Source: Octopus sinensis
Lineage: Eukaryota
DNA: 64,000 nucleotides
Reading direction: 5' to 3'
NCBI RefSeq assembly: GCF_006345805.1
Contig: NC_043010.1
Location: 48,360,001-48,424,000, forward strand
The notes below the pieces were generated by a model. That model searched no databases and was not told the DNA's origin. It saw nothing but the letters and a program-made list of their open reading frames with translations. A program made the translations under genes and the position numbers. This document shows positions 1-11,459 of the stretch, piece by piece (positions within the stretch are counted from its first letter, which is position 1; every line of letters begins with the position of its first letter).

Positions 1-54
1 AGGGACTTATATTGAATTTATATCATCATCGTCAGTGTCTCATCATTATTGCAT

Positions 55-622
55 CACCGGTTTAGAACCCCTATCTTGCCCAGGATATTAATTGCCTGGA
101 AACCATTCTGCGATGTGCAACCAAGAGAATACCCTCCATCAGGCATTTCCCATATTCTGAATGCCTTACTTCTCTGGGCATGGATACATTGAAACTCTGA
201 CGTCTGGCAGCTAGCTTGGCAGACACCCATAAAATTATTAACCACCTTACTAACAATACCTCTGAGCACCTTTTCAAACTCCATCTGTCTAACACCCGTG
301 GACATGTTTACAAAGTCAGAAAACAGCACAGCTCCCATGACTTTCGGAAACATTTTTTCAAGCTAAGAGTTGCTGAAGTATGGAACAAACTGCTGGCATC
401 AGTTGTTAGTTGTCGGAGCACTGCATCCTTCAAAACTTCCATGCTTCCTGAGATTCGGCAACACTACACCTGATTTTCTCCCCTCAATACACATGCAAGC
501 AGGTATCTGACTCATACACTGTTCACTTTCCAGACATTGGTACATTACTGCATATTCTTTATAAGCACTTTTGACAAGTTGTGGTGCACCTGAGCACTTT
601 ATACAATAATTTCATTATTATT
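55..622 (+). mobile_element. 5'-truncated, degenerate CR1/L2-group LINE 3' end (RT C-terminus plus 3' UTR)
   Basis: Reads PYLAQDINCLETILRCATKRIP...YSECLTSLGMDTLKL*...NTRGHVYKVRK...RKHFFKLRVAEVWNKL...FK, the typical CR1-type C-terminal pattern; in-frame stop; (atta)n-like tail near 605-622. Confidence 0.75.
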
Positions 623-624
623 CC

Positions 625-883
625 CGGTTTCTCTGGCGTATGTGTTCCCCCAGCTGGACGGGACGCCAGTCCATCACAGCATTACTCAAGAAACAGGAAG
701 AGAGAGTGAGAGAAAGTTGTGGGGAAAGAGTACAGCAGGGGTCACCCCCCCCCTGCCGGAGCCTCGTGGAGCTTTTAGGTGTTTTCGCTCAATAAACACA
801 CACAACGCCTGGTCTGGGAATCGAAACTGCAATCCTCTGACTACGAGTCCGCTGCCCTAACCACTGGGCCATTGCGCCTCCTA
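625..883 (-). mobile_element. tRNA-headed SINE, head type C with tail type ii
   Basis: Reverse complement of the head at 62880 (ggaggcgcaatggcccagtggttaggg...); tail matches 3170-3240. Confidence 0.8.
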
Positions 884-1378
884 CTCTCTTGATAGAGCTT
901 AGTAATCCTGACAGTTATCTAGGATTCATCCACTCAGCATTAATGTAAAAAGCATCATTGGCTCAGTTGAGCTCTTTCACACTCTCTTCACAATCCACTA
1001 TGTTGCAGTCTCATGACTTCACCGTATCTTCCATGTTCCCGGCAAGGTGGCTGATGGGTGCTATGTCTTGCCAAAAGGCAGCCTGTATCTATGAAGGGCA
1101 TGAGATATTTTTGAAATACCTATAACAAAGTACAAGTAGTAATTTCTTATTTACACTGATGAAAATCATAATTCTTGTGACAGTCTGAAATTTTGAGGAT
1201 AAAGAAAAAAATGGATTAAAAAATTTTTTTAATTCCAAAAGTCAGCCTAGCAAAGATTTGAACTATGTGCATTCAAGAAATATAATTAAATACCACAGAA
1301 CATTTTGTTAACCACTCTACTGATGCTATCATGTATATGCAAAGTCTACTGAAATTATTATTAATATTTCTTTTTCAG

Positions 1379-1516
1379 ATGATGGGTCGTTTCTTCTCCG
1401 GACTTGCACAAACTGGAGCTTGGTGTTGCTTTGATGAGTTTAACCGCATTGATACTGAAGTGTTGTCTGTTATTGCTCAACAACTTATTACCATTAGGAA
1501 TGCCAAAGTTGCAAAG
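1379..1516 (+). CDS. DNAH6: Dynein heavy chain exon (AAA1 Walker B: [36 protein letters not shown]...)
   Basis: tttttcag|ATG acceptor, AAG|gtac donor, 46 codons; dynein AAA1 motif CFDEFNR. Confidence 0.95.
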
Positions 1517-2194
1517 GTACCACATTAAATTTATTATAAATAGATTAAAAATTATGATTTTATTTTTAATTTTGTAATTATATTTTCACATATAATGTGA
1601 TTATTGATTTTCGTAGGAAATAATTTTCTTGTCTAATTTCATAGTTTGAGATAGTTTCAGATAGTGCAGGTATGTAGCACTGGATTAACCATTAAGCAAA
1701 ATAATCATATGTTTAGGGTATTAAGAAAGGATGGGACACCACAGAAATTTTAAATGGTTTATGGCATAAAAGAAATCACTTTAAACTTTCTAAAATAATA
1801 TTCAAAGTGGTTTATATGATTGGAAATATAATTTCAAGGTGTTCATTGTGGCATAGTGAGGATTTGATCAAAGACTTTGCAATTATGAAAAGTAGGAAAA
1901 AACTTTTTAAATAATAAATAAAGTGGTGCCCCAGCATGGCCACAGTCTAATGACTGAAACAAGTAAAATAAAAAATAAAAAAAATAAACAAACATTGTTT
2001 TCTACTGGAAAATAAAAATTAATGCCTTATGTAGGCAAAGTGGCTGAGTTCCTTTTGAGTGTTGGGCCTCTTGGAGGCAATGACCAAGACCTTTGACATA
2101 ATGTTGTGCTTGAGAAGTAGACCCATTAAGCCGAACAAAATCACAGTTGTGGAAGATACTGGTGTCACGCAAATGGCACTCCTGCTGGTGGCAC

Positions 2195-2375
2195 ATAAAT
2201 GCACCTATTACACTACTGGAGGGGTTGGCATTAGGAAGAGAATCCAGCCATAGGAACCATGCCAAATCAGACTGGAGTCTGGTGTAGCCTTCCAGCTGGT
2301 CAAACTGTCAAATCCCATGCCAGCATGGACAACGGACGTTAAATGATGATGAGGATGATGATAATGATGATGATA
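2195..2375 (+). mobile_element. SINE family E fragment (ggcattaggaagggcatccagc core, (ATG)n tail)
   Basis: Homologous to the fuller copies at 53985 and 59590. Confidence 0.75.
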
Positions 2376-2470
2376 CTTAATATGAGGATTTTAGGAATAT
2401 TCCCTAAAGCTGAACAAATAATTTCCTGAATATCACTAATTTCATGTGTATCCTTTGAATTTCATTTTAG

Positions 2471-2624
2471 GTTTCCCGATTCATCTTTGAAGGCCATGAT
2501 ATCAAATTGATCAGAACCTGTGCTGCATTCATCACAATGAATCCAGGCTATGCTGGTCGTACTGAACTGCCAGATAACCTAAAAGCTCTTTTTAGACCTT
2601 TTGCTATGATGGTGCCAGACTATT
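2471..2624 (+). CDS. DNAH6: Dynein heavy chain exon (AAA1: VSRFIFEG...[32 protein letters not shown])
   Basis: ttttag|GTT acceptor, TAT T|gtaagt donor (phase 1); hallmark [16 protein letters not shown]. Confidence 0.95.
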
Positions 2625-2667
2625 GTAAGTCTCAGTATTTAGTTCTTTTTGTCTGTAGGAATTATAG

Positions 2668-2990
2668 TGAAGGCATGTGGCATAGTGGCTAGGGTATTTG
2701 GCCCATGTTCATAAGATTGTGAGTTTGATTCCTAGTAGCATGTTGTGTCCTTGAGCAAGACACTTTATTCCACATTGCTCCAGTCCACTCAGCTGGCAAA
2801 AATGAGTCATAGCTGTAAGCCAAAAGACCAACTTTGTCACATTCTGTGTCATACTGAATCCCCCTGAGAATTATGTTAAGGCTATGCTTGTCTATGGAGT
2901 GCTCAGCCACTTGCATATCAATTTCATGAGTAGGCTGTTCCATTGATCAGATCAACAAGAACATTCATCGTCATAACCGACAGAGTTCCA
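2668..2990 (+). mobile_element. tRNA-headed SINE, head type D (gtgtccttgagcaagacact core) with tail type i
   Basis: A/B-box-like head; tail shared with 14107 and 62880. Confidence 0.75.
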
Positions 2991-3024
2991 GTTGCAATTA
3001 TTTATTTTGTTGTATGTTGCAAGG

Positions 3025-3278
3025 GATGTGGAAGTGCGTGGCTTAGTGGTTAGGATGTCAGCACCATGATCGTAAGATTGTGGTTTCAATTCCTAAACCG
3101 GGCGACGCATTATGTTCTTGAGCAAAACACTTCATTTCACGTTGCTCCAGTCTTCTCAGCTGGCAAAAATGAGTAATGCTGTGATGGACTGGCGTCCTGT
3201 CCAGCTGGGGAACACATACGCCATAGAAACCAGGAAACCGGGCCCACGAGCCTGGCTAGGCTTTAAAAAGGGCGCATT
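3025..3278 (+). mobile_element. SINE head D with tail type ii
   Basis: Close homolog at 44268-44510. Confidence 0.8.
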
Positions 3279-3718
3279 TATTTATTTTTATTATCTTGGA
3301 AGGGACATTACTCCAATATTAAACACATGTGCTGGTTTCAGTTACACTTCTTTATTCTTAGTTAATCAGTTAGTTATTTAACCAACTAACTAATCAACAA
3401 ACCAATTGGTTAATCAATGAATTAGTTGTCATTGTTGAAAACAACTGAAAATAATTGATCAATTAGTTGGTTAAATAACTAACCCTGAAGTGAAATTGAA
3501 CCAGTGTATGTGTTTAGTTTTATCATGATGACCTTCCCAAGATACAACAAAATGTATTTCAACTCACGAGTTCACATTGAGAATTTTACAAAGCAAGTAC
3601 AAGTACGAATTACTTATTCTATTGACAGAATGAAATACTTCCTGTTTCAGCCTTCCTAATACATATTTATACATTATTTTTTTGAACAGCATCTGTCCTT
3701 ACCATATTTTCTCTTCAT

Positions 3719-4117
3719 AGGCGCAGGAGTGGCTGTGTGGTAAGTAGTGTGCTTACCAACCACATGGTTCCGGGTTCAGTCCCACTGGGTGGCACCTTGG
3801 GCAAGTGTCTTCTACTATAGCCTCAGGCCGACCAAATCCTTGTGAGTGGATTTGGTAGATAGAAACTGAAAGAAGCCTGTCGTATATATGTATGTGTGTG
3901 TATATATTTGTGTATCTGTGTTTGTCCCCCCGCCCAACATCGCTTGACAATTGATGCTGGTGTGTTTACGTCTCTGTAACTTAGCAGTTCAACAAAAGAG
4001 AACCGATAGAATAAGTACTAGGCTTACAAAGAATAAGTCCTGGGGTCTATTTGCTCGACTAAAGGTGGTGCTCCAGCATGGCTGAAGTCAAATGATTGAA
4101 ACAAATAAAAGAGTAAA
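3719..4117 (+). mobile_element. SINE family A (tRNA head, ggcaccttgggcaagtgtc CORE-like segment, internal (TA/TG)n, gagtaaaa tail)
   Basis: Full-length copy; many further copies in the window. CORE-like identity recalled from MIR/Octopus OR-type SINEs, not searched. Confidence 0.85.
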
Positions 4118-4154
4118 GGAGAATAACTTCACTGGACTGGTCATATACTCTCTC

Positions 4155-4566
4155 TTTTTTACTCTTTTACTTGTTTCAGTCATTTGACTGCGGCCATGTT
4201 GGAGCACCGCCTTTAATTGAGCAACTTGACCCCGGGACTTATTCTTTGTAAGCCCAGTACTTATACTATCGGTCTCTTTTGCTGAACCACTAAGTGACGG
4301 GGACATAAACACACCAGCATCGGTTGTCAAGCAATGCTAGGGAGGCAAACACAGACACACAAACACACACGCACATATATATATATATATATACATATAT
4401 ACGATGGGCTTCTTTCAGTTTCTGTCTACCAAATCCACTCACAAGGCTTTGGTCGGCCCGAGGCTATAGTAGAAGACACTTGCCCAAGGTGCCACGCAGT
4501 GGGACTGAACCTGGAACCATGTGGTTGGTAAGCAAGCTACTTACCACACAGCCACTACTACGCCTA
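4155..4566 (-). mobile_element. SINE family A, full length, inverted relative to 3719-4117
   Basis: Reverse-complement match along its length. Confidence 0.85.
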
Positions 4567-4598
4567 TATTTACTTGTGGTTTACTTTTTTGTTCTCAG

Positions 4599-4870
4599 GT
4601 CTGATAGCTGAAGTGATCTTGTATTCTGAGGGATTTGAATCCTCAAAGCTGTTGGCTCAAAAGATGACACAAATGTACAAACTGTGTAGTGAGCAACTCT
4701 CACAGCAAGATCATTATGACTTTGGGATGAGAGCCATTAAATCAATTTTGGTTATGGCTGGCTCTCTTAAGCAGCAGAATCCAGGTCAAGACGAGGATAG
4801 TTTACTTATCAGAGCTCTTCACGACAGTAACATTCCAAAGTTTTTGAAGGAAGATGCTATACTATTCCAG
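4599..4870 (+). CDS. DNAH6: Dynein heavy chain exon (LIAEVILYSEGF...LSQQDHYDFGMRAIKS...EDAILFQ)
   Basis: tctcag|GT completes the split codon from the previous exon; CAG|gtagg donor; HYDFGMRA motif. Confidence 0.95.
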
Positions 4871-5022
4871 GTAGGTTGGAAGAAAGCTCTAGTTTCCTTA
4901 CAAACCCTTTTATCAACTTGCTTTATTCAGTTCTTAAACACCAGGTTATTATAAAGAGACAGTCAATTGCAATTAACTATTTACAAAATGCGAGACAGTT
5001 TATTTATTTCTATAGTTAAGAG

Positions 5023-5365
5023 TGAAGGCGCATGGCTCAGTGGTTAGAGCGTCCAGTTTACGATCATGAGGTTGTGAGTTCGAATCATGGACTGGGCTGC
5101 ATGTTGTGTTCTTGAGCAAGACACTTTATTTCACCTTGCTCCAGTTCACTCAGCTGTAGAAATGAGTTGCGATGTCACTGGTGCCAAGCTATATCGGCCT
5201 TTGCCTTTCCCTTGGATAACACTGGTGGCGTGGAGAGAGAAGGCCGGTATGCATGGGCGACTGCTGGTCTTCCATAAACAACCTTGCCCGGACTTGTGCC
5301 TGGGAGGGTAACTTTCTAGGTGCGATCCCATGGTCTGTGTCGTGACCGAAGGGGTGGGGGTCTCA
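5023..5365 (+). mobile_element. SINE head D with tail type iii
   Basis: Homolog at 11460-12010. Confidence 0.75.
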
Positions 5366-6016
5366 GATATTTAAGAGATGAGGAATTATGTACATTATTT
5401 ACTTTACTTACATTTGATGGATATTTGTATTAACAACAAACAAGATGAGGACAAATATCTGTCAAATGTAAATAATGTAAATAATGTAGATTATTCATTG
5501 CTTTTTTTTTTTAACATCCACTTTTCCACGTTTGCATGGTTTGGATGGAATTTATTCTGGTGGAGTTTCTGCAGATGGATGCCCTTCACATTGCCAATCC
5601 TCATCTGTTTCCCTGTAAGGTAATATTTTCCCATGACTGAACATGTTTTTATGGAAGATTGGAAATGAAGGATACTGCTTGCATGATGTTAACACTTGTT
5701 TACAGTTATCACATGATGCCAAGTTAGGGAGACAGTAACATAGAGAGAGACATGCACACACACACACACACACACACGTGTGTATACATACTTAAATGTC
5801 GAACAATGAGAATGTTGTGTATTAAGGCTACCATTGGTTTCATGTTAAAAAAAATATCTTAATATCCTAACAATTTTTCTAGCCAATTACATGGAGGGAT
5901 GGTGTTTGTCTCCAATGATCAGCTTGAAAAATTAAGATATTAGGATATTTTTCTTAACATGAAATCAATGGTAGCCTTTATACACAAATAAAGAAATATA
6001 TATATATATATATATA

Positions 6017-6290
6017 TCATCATCATCATCATCATCGTTTAGCATCCGCTTTCCATGCTAGCATGGGTTGGACGGTTCAACGGGAGTCTGGGAAGCCAGA
6101 AGGCTGCACCAGGCCCAGTCTGATCTGGCAATGTTTCTACAGCTGGATGCCCTTCCTAACAACAACCACTCCATGAGTGTAGTGGGTACTTTTTACATGC
6201 CACTGGCACAGGTGCCAGACGAGGCTGGCAAATGGCCACGATCGGATGGTGCTTTTTATATAAATATCATCATCATCATTATCACCATTT
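6017..6290 (-). mobile_element. SINE family E
   Basis: (CAT)n tail followed by the reverse complement of the 54200-54350 body. Confidence 0.8.
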
Positions 6291-6519
6291 AACATTGACT
6301 TTCCATGTTGACATGGGATGAAGTTTGTTTGGGCAGATTTTCTATGGCTGGTTGCTCTTCCTGTTGCCAACCTTGATCTGATTCTGAATAAGATAATAGT
6401 TCCCCTTGACCAGGCATATTTTCATGGAAGATTGGAAATGAAGGACAAGGCTTGTATGACAGTGATACTCATGTCAAGACAAAGAAAAATTAACACATGC
6501 ACACATCCACATTCACACA

Positions 6520-6523
6520 CACT

Positions 6524-6611
<88 letters not shown>

Positions 6612-6862
6612 ATGGGTTCCAACTACAAAATCTATTCACAAGCCTTTGGAGGGAGAGAGAGAGAGGAAGAGAGATAGAGAGAAAAAGAGAGGGAGAGAGA
6701 GAAAGAGAGAAAGAGATGGAGTGAGAAAGAGAGAGAGAGAGAAGAGCGAGAGGAAGACAGAGGGAGAGAGATTAAGAGAGAAAGAGAAAGAGAAAGAGTG
6801 AGAGAGGGAGAGAGAGAAAGAGAAAGAGAGAGAGAGAAATAGAGAGAGGGAGAGAAAGAGAA

Positions 6863-6893
<31 letters not shown>

Positions 6894-6912
6894 GAGAAAG
6901 AGAGAGAGAGAC
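6520..6912. repeat. Compound microsatellite: (CA)n followed by imperfect (GA)n
   Basis: Directly visible; source of the spurious HT/CV/RE ORFs. Confidence 0.95.
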
Positions 6913-7240
6913 CAGCTGCTAAATTTTATAATTTTATGCTTTCAACCAAAAGTTATTATCTCAAGATATCTAGAAGTTAACTTACTCAAAAAAAAAAATC
7001 TTATTTTAACCCTTCATCATTCAGATTACCCTGAAATTAATAATGCACCATCTTGTAACTTCAAGGTTTCAATGATATGATTGTTTATATTTTAGAATGA
7101 CATTGTAGGGTAAATGTGAGAAGCCAGATCTCGCCAGTTTGAACATTAAACAGGTAGAATATTTTGGCCAGACACAGCTGGTAAATACTAAATGGTTAAA
7201 TAATATTTCAGTTGTTTTTTGTGATATTTCCCTTTTACAG

Positions 7241-7453
7241 TCAATTCTTCAAGATCTTTTTCCTGGAATTACGGTTTCTGAACCTGATTATGGTGTTTTA
7301 GAAAGAGAAATAATAAAAGCAGCTGAAGCGAAAAAGTTAATGGTTGTTCCAACTCAGATCCTGAAAGTTATTCAGTTGTATGACACCATGCTTGTTCGCC
7401 ACGGAGTCATGCTGGTTGGACCAACTGGAGGAGGTAAAACAACCGTTTACAAA
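7241..7453 (+). CDS. DNAH6: Dynein heavy chain exon (AAA2 P-loop: SILQDLFPG...RHGVMLVGPTGGGKTTVYK)
   Basis: ttttacag|TCA acceptor, AAA|gtaagt donor, 71 codons; Walker A GPTGGGKT. Confidence 0.95.
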
Positions 7454-7512
7454 GTAAGTGTTTGAATTTGTGATTTGAGTTGTTTTACCTTTTGTTTTTA
7501 ACTCTTAATACC

Positions 7513-7745
7513 TATTTCTCTACTACCCACAAGGGGCTAAACACAGAGGGGACAAACAAGGACGGACAGACGGATTAAGTCGATTACATCGACCCCAGTG
7601 CGTAACTGGTACTTAATTTATCGACCCCCAAAAGGATGAAAGGCAAAGTTGACCTCGGCAGAATTTGAACTCAGAACGTAGCGGCAGACAAAATACCGCT
7701 AAGCATTTCGCCCGGTGTGCTAACATTTCTGCCATCTCGCCACCT
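7513..7745 (-). mobile_element. SINE family B (ggcggcgagctggcagaa head...aaagaaatagg tail) with a 16-bp TSD
   Basis: TSD tttaactcttaatacc at 7497-7512 and 7752-7767. Confidence 0.85.
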
Positions 7746-8237
7746 TAACTCTTTAACTCTTAATACCCTGTTAAGAAAACTCCATGATTCTGTCACAGAA
7801 CAGAAATATATGACAGAAAATGTGATTAAAGTTTAGTCCCTTACATTAGAGATTTCCTCTCTTCCTTCAAAATGAAGGTAAACAAGGTAAATGTTATAGC
7901 CTATGTATTTAGTCTTACTGGCATTGACATGCAAGCTTATTTGTGTAGCTGCAGTCCTGAGTACATGTAGCGTTTTCTCTGCTAATAGAGAATTAGCAGA
8001 GGAAATTTATCTCTTACATATTAGACACTCTTTTTCTCTTTTACTTGTTTCAGTCATTTGACTGCGGCCATGCTGGAGCACCGCCTTTAGTCAAGCAAAT
8101 CGACCCCAGGACTTATTCTTTGTAAGCCTAGTACTTATTTTATTGGTTCTCTTTTGCTGAACTGCTAAGTTATGGAGATGTAAACACACCAGCATCAGTT
8201 GTCAAGTGATGTTGGGAGGACAAACACAGACACACAA

Positions 8238-8276
<39 letters not shown>

Positions 8277-8277
<1 letters not shown>

Positions 8278-9185
8278 CATCATCATCATTTAGTGTCCTT
8301 TTTCCATGCTGGCATGGGTTGAACTCCGACAGTCTGTTGAGGCATGGTTTCTACAGCTGGATGCTCTTCCTAACACCAGCTACTTAACAGTGCACTGGAT
8401 GGTTTTTATGCGCCACTGGCACATATATGTGTGTGTGTGTGTATATACATACATGCAGTGGCAGACTAGACCTAAAAATATTGTGTGCCAGGAGACTAAG
8501 GGGGCCCACCTGCAACTACAATGCTCTCATTTAATTTTTTTTTTTCGTTAAAAGTATTCTTTTCAACTGTATACAAACACAGCCAGGCTGAAATAATTAA
8601 TGCATTCTTCCAGGAGTGAATACAAAATTCTCAAACTTGAGGGGATGGGCCCTTAGATACTAACATGGGCCTCCATTTATGGATTCTAATGGCACAGGGG
8701 CCCACTTGCCATCGGGCAAGCTGGCAACCTAGCCAGTCCACCTCTTCATATATGCATATTGTTCAATGACCTGCTTTGTGTCTGTGGTTCAAATATGCAT
8801 TAAATGTTCTGATATAAAAACAGGATAGTTTCTGTTTTTATGAAACGGTGAAGAGAGTGAGTTTGTGTTGGTAAATATTCACAATGAACATGGCTGAAAA
8901 AACTTACATTATTGAATATCTATTATCTTTTATCCTTTACTTGTTCCAGTCATTAGACTAAGGCCATGCTGGGGCACCACCTTGAAGAATTTTAATTGAA
9001 TGCATTAAACCCAGTACTTATTTTTTTTAAAGCCTGATACTTATTCTATCAGTCTCTGTTGCTGAACTGCTAGATTACGGGGATGTAAACATACCAACAC
9101 CAATTGTCAAGCAGTGGTTGGGGACAAACACACACACACACACACATACATACATACATATATATATATATATAATATATATATA

Positions 9186-9219
<34 letters not shown>

Positions 9220-9277
9220 CATCATCATCATCATCATCATGGAGAACGGACGCTAAATGATGATGATGATGATGATG

Positions 9278-9310
<33 letters not shown>

Positions 9311-9622
9311 TACGACAGGCTTCTTTCAGTTTCCATCTACCAAATCCACTCACAAGGCATTGGTCGGCCCGGGGCTATAGCAGAAGACACTTGCCCACGC
9401 AGTGAGATTGAACCCGGAACCATGTAGTTGGTTAGCAAGCTACTTACCACACAGCCACTCCTGCGCCTAATTATCATCATCATCATCATTTAGTGTCCTT
9501 TTTCCATGCTGGCATGGGTTGAACTCCGACAGTCTGTTGAGGCATGGTTTCTACAGCTGGATGCTCTTCCTAACACCAGCTACTTAACAGTGCACTGGAT
9601 GGTTTTTATGCGCCACTGGCAC

Positions 9623-9659
<37 letters not shown>

Positions 9660-10358
9660 CATACATGCAGTGGCAGACTAGACCTAAAAATATTGGTTGC
9701 CAGGAGACTAAGGGGGCCCACCTGCAACTACAATGCTCTCATTTAATTTTTTTTTTTCGTTAAAAGTATTCTTTTCAACTGTATACAAACACAGCCAGGC
9801 TGAAATAATTAATGCATTCTTCCAGGAGTGAATACAAAATTCTCAAACTTGAGGGGATGGGCCCTTAGATACTAACATGGGCCTCCATTTATGGATTCTA
9901 ATGGCACAGGGGCCCACTTGCCATCGGGCAAGCTGGCAACCTAGCCAGTCCACCTCTTCATATATGCATATTGTTCAATGACCTGCTTTGTGTCTGTGGT
10001 TCAAATATGCATTAAATGTTCTGATATAAAAACAGGATAGTTTCTGTTTTTATGAAACGGTGAAGAGAGTGAGTTTGTGTTGGTAAATATTCACAATGAA
10101 CATGGCTGAAAAAACTTACATTATTGAATATCTATTATCTTTTATCCTTTACTTGTTCCAGTCATTAGACTAAGGCCATGCTGGGGCACCACCTTGAAGA
10201 ATTTTTAATTGAATGCATTAAACCCAGTACTTATTTTTTTTTAAAGCCTGATACTTATTCTATCAGTCTCTGTTGCTGAACTGCTAGATTACGGGGATGT
10301 AAACATACCAACACCAATTGTCAAGCAGTGGTTGGGGACAAACACACACACACACACA
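8277..10358 (+). repeat. Near-identical local direct duplication (~8277-9146 vs ~9477-10358)
   Basis: Lines 8281 and 9481 start identically; differences seen are microsatellite/homopolymer lengths and one gt/tg swap. Confidence 0.9.
8456..8746. mobile_element. hAT-like MITE (second copy at ~9668-9958 within the duplication)
   Basis: Degenerate TIR cagtggcagact.../...agtccacctctt; 8-bp TSD catacatg / catatatg. Confidence 0.55.
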
Positions 10359-10585
10359 TGCACGTGCACACTCACACACACACACATACACACTCAAACA
10401 CACACATACAAACGCACACACACACATGACACTTCTTTCTGTTTTTTTTTTTTTACCAAATCCTCTCATAAGGCTATGGTTGGCTCAAGGCTACAATAAA
10501 AGACACTTGCCCAAGGTGTCATGCAGTAGAACTGAACCCAGAACCATGTTTTTGGGAAGCGAGCTTCTTAACAAACAGCCATATT
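10135..10585 (-). mobile_element. SINE family A, older diverged copy
   Basis: Both halves present around a (CA)n tract. Confidence 0.75.
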
Positions 10586-10785
10586 TGTGCTTCTTTAAAT
10601 TCTTGAAAATAAATTTCTCCATCACAATTGCTTATGTCCAGCAGTTACACCATTTGCCTGCAGGGATTCAACTAAATTTTAGGGGCAATTTTTTTTCAAA
10701 TTTTAATCACCAATCTGTCATATCCTGTTAGGAATTGATGAACCTATGATGTTAATGATACACACATATATTTTGTTGTTTTTAG

Positions 10786-10971
10786 GTGTTGGCTGATGCA
10801 TTGGGCAATTTGCATGCTCTTGGAGAGGATATGCCTTTCTACCAACCAGTCATTTGTTACATTCTTAACCCCAAATCTATCTCAATGGAAGAGTTGTATG
10901 GAGGAATAAACCGACTTACTTTAGAATGGCATGATGGACTAATGGCCATTGTTATTAGAATAGCTGTTGCA
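10786..10971 (+). CDS. DNAH6: Dynein heavy chain exon (VLADALGNL...LNPKSISMEELYG...EWHDGLMAIVIRIAVA)
   Basis: tttag|GTG acceptor, GCA|gtaagt donor, 62 codons; NPKS..ELYG..EW.DG motif. Confidence 0.95.
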
Positions 10972-11459
10972 GTAAGTTAATTAATTAATTCATTTCAAAT
11001 GAGAACATATGTAAATATGATACATTGGATTATCTTATCTTTTATATCTTGTCTTGCTTCAGTCACAGGAATGTGGCCATGCTGGGGCTCTACCTATGAT
11101 TTAGCCAAGCAGATCAATCAGCTCCAGTCGACCCCACTACTTGTTTTAAAGTCTGGTCTCTTTTGCAAGCTGCTAAGTTACGGGGATGTAAACAAACCAA
11201 CAATGGCTGTGAAGTGGTGTAGGGGCACCCACCCCCTCATACGCACATACATACAGTGGGCTTCCATAGAGTCTCTGTCTACTAAATTCATTCACAAGGT
11301 ATCGGTCAGTTCAGAACTAAAGAAAATGTTTGCCCAAGATGCCATGCAGTGAGACTGAATTTAAAACCACATGGTTCCAAATTGAGTTTCTTAACCACAT
11401 AACCATTATTGAGATTGAAGAATATTAACCTCTTTTGTTACCATACTTATGTTGACCTA

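Noticed and set aside
1379-1384. ATGATG at the first exon as a start codon
   Set aside because: It is preceded by a canonical acceptor and lies mid-AAA1 of a protein expected to exceed 4000 aa, so it is an internal exon.
3753-4611. Recurring ORFs such as ...QIHSQGFGRPEAIVEDTCPRCH... and ...LDALPN...
   Set aside because: They are incidental frames through SINE A and E copies, recur wherever those SINEs occur, and have no splice context.
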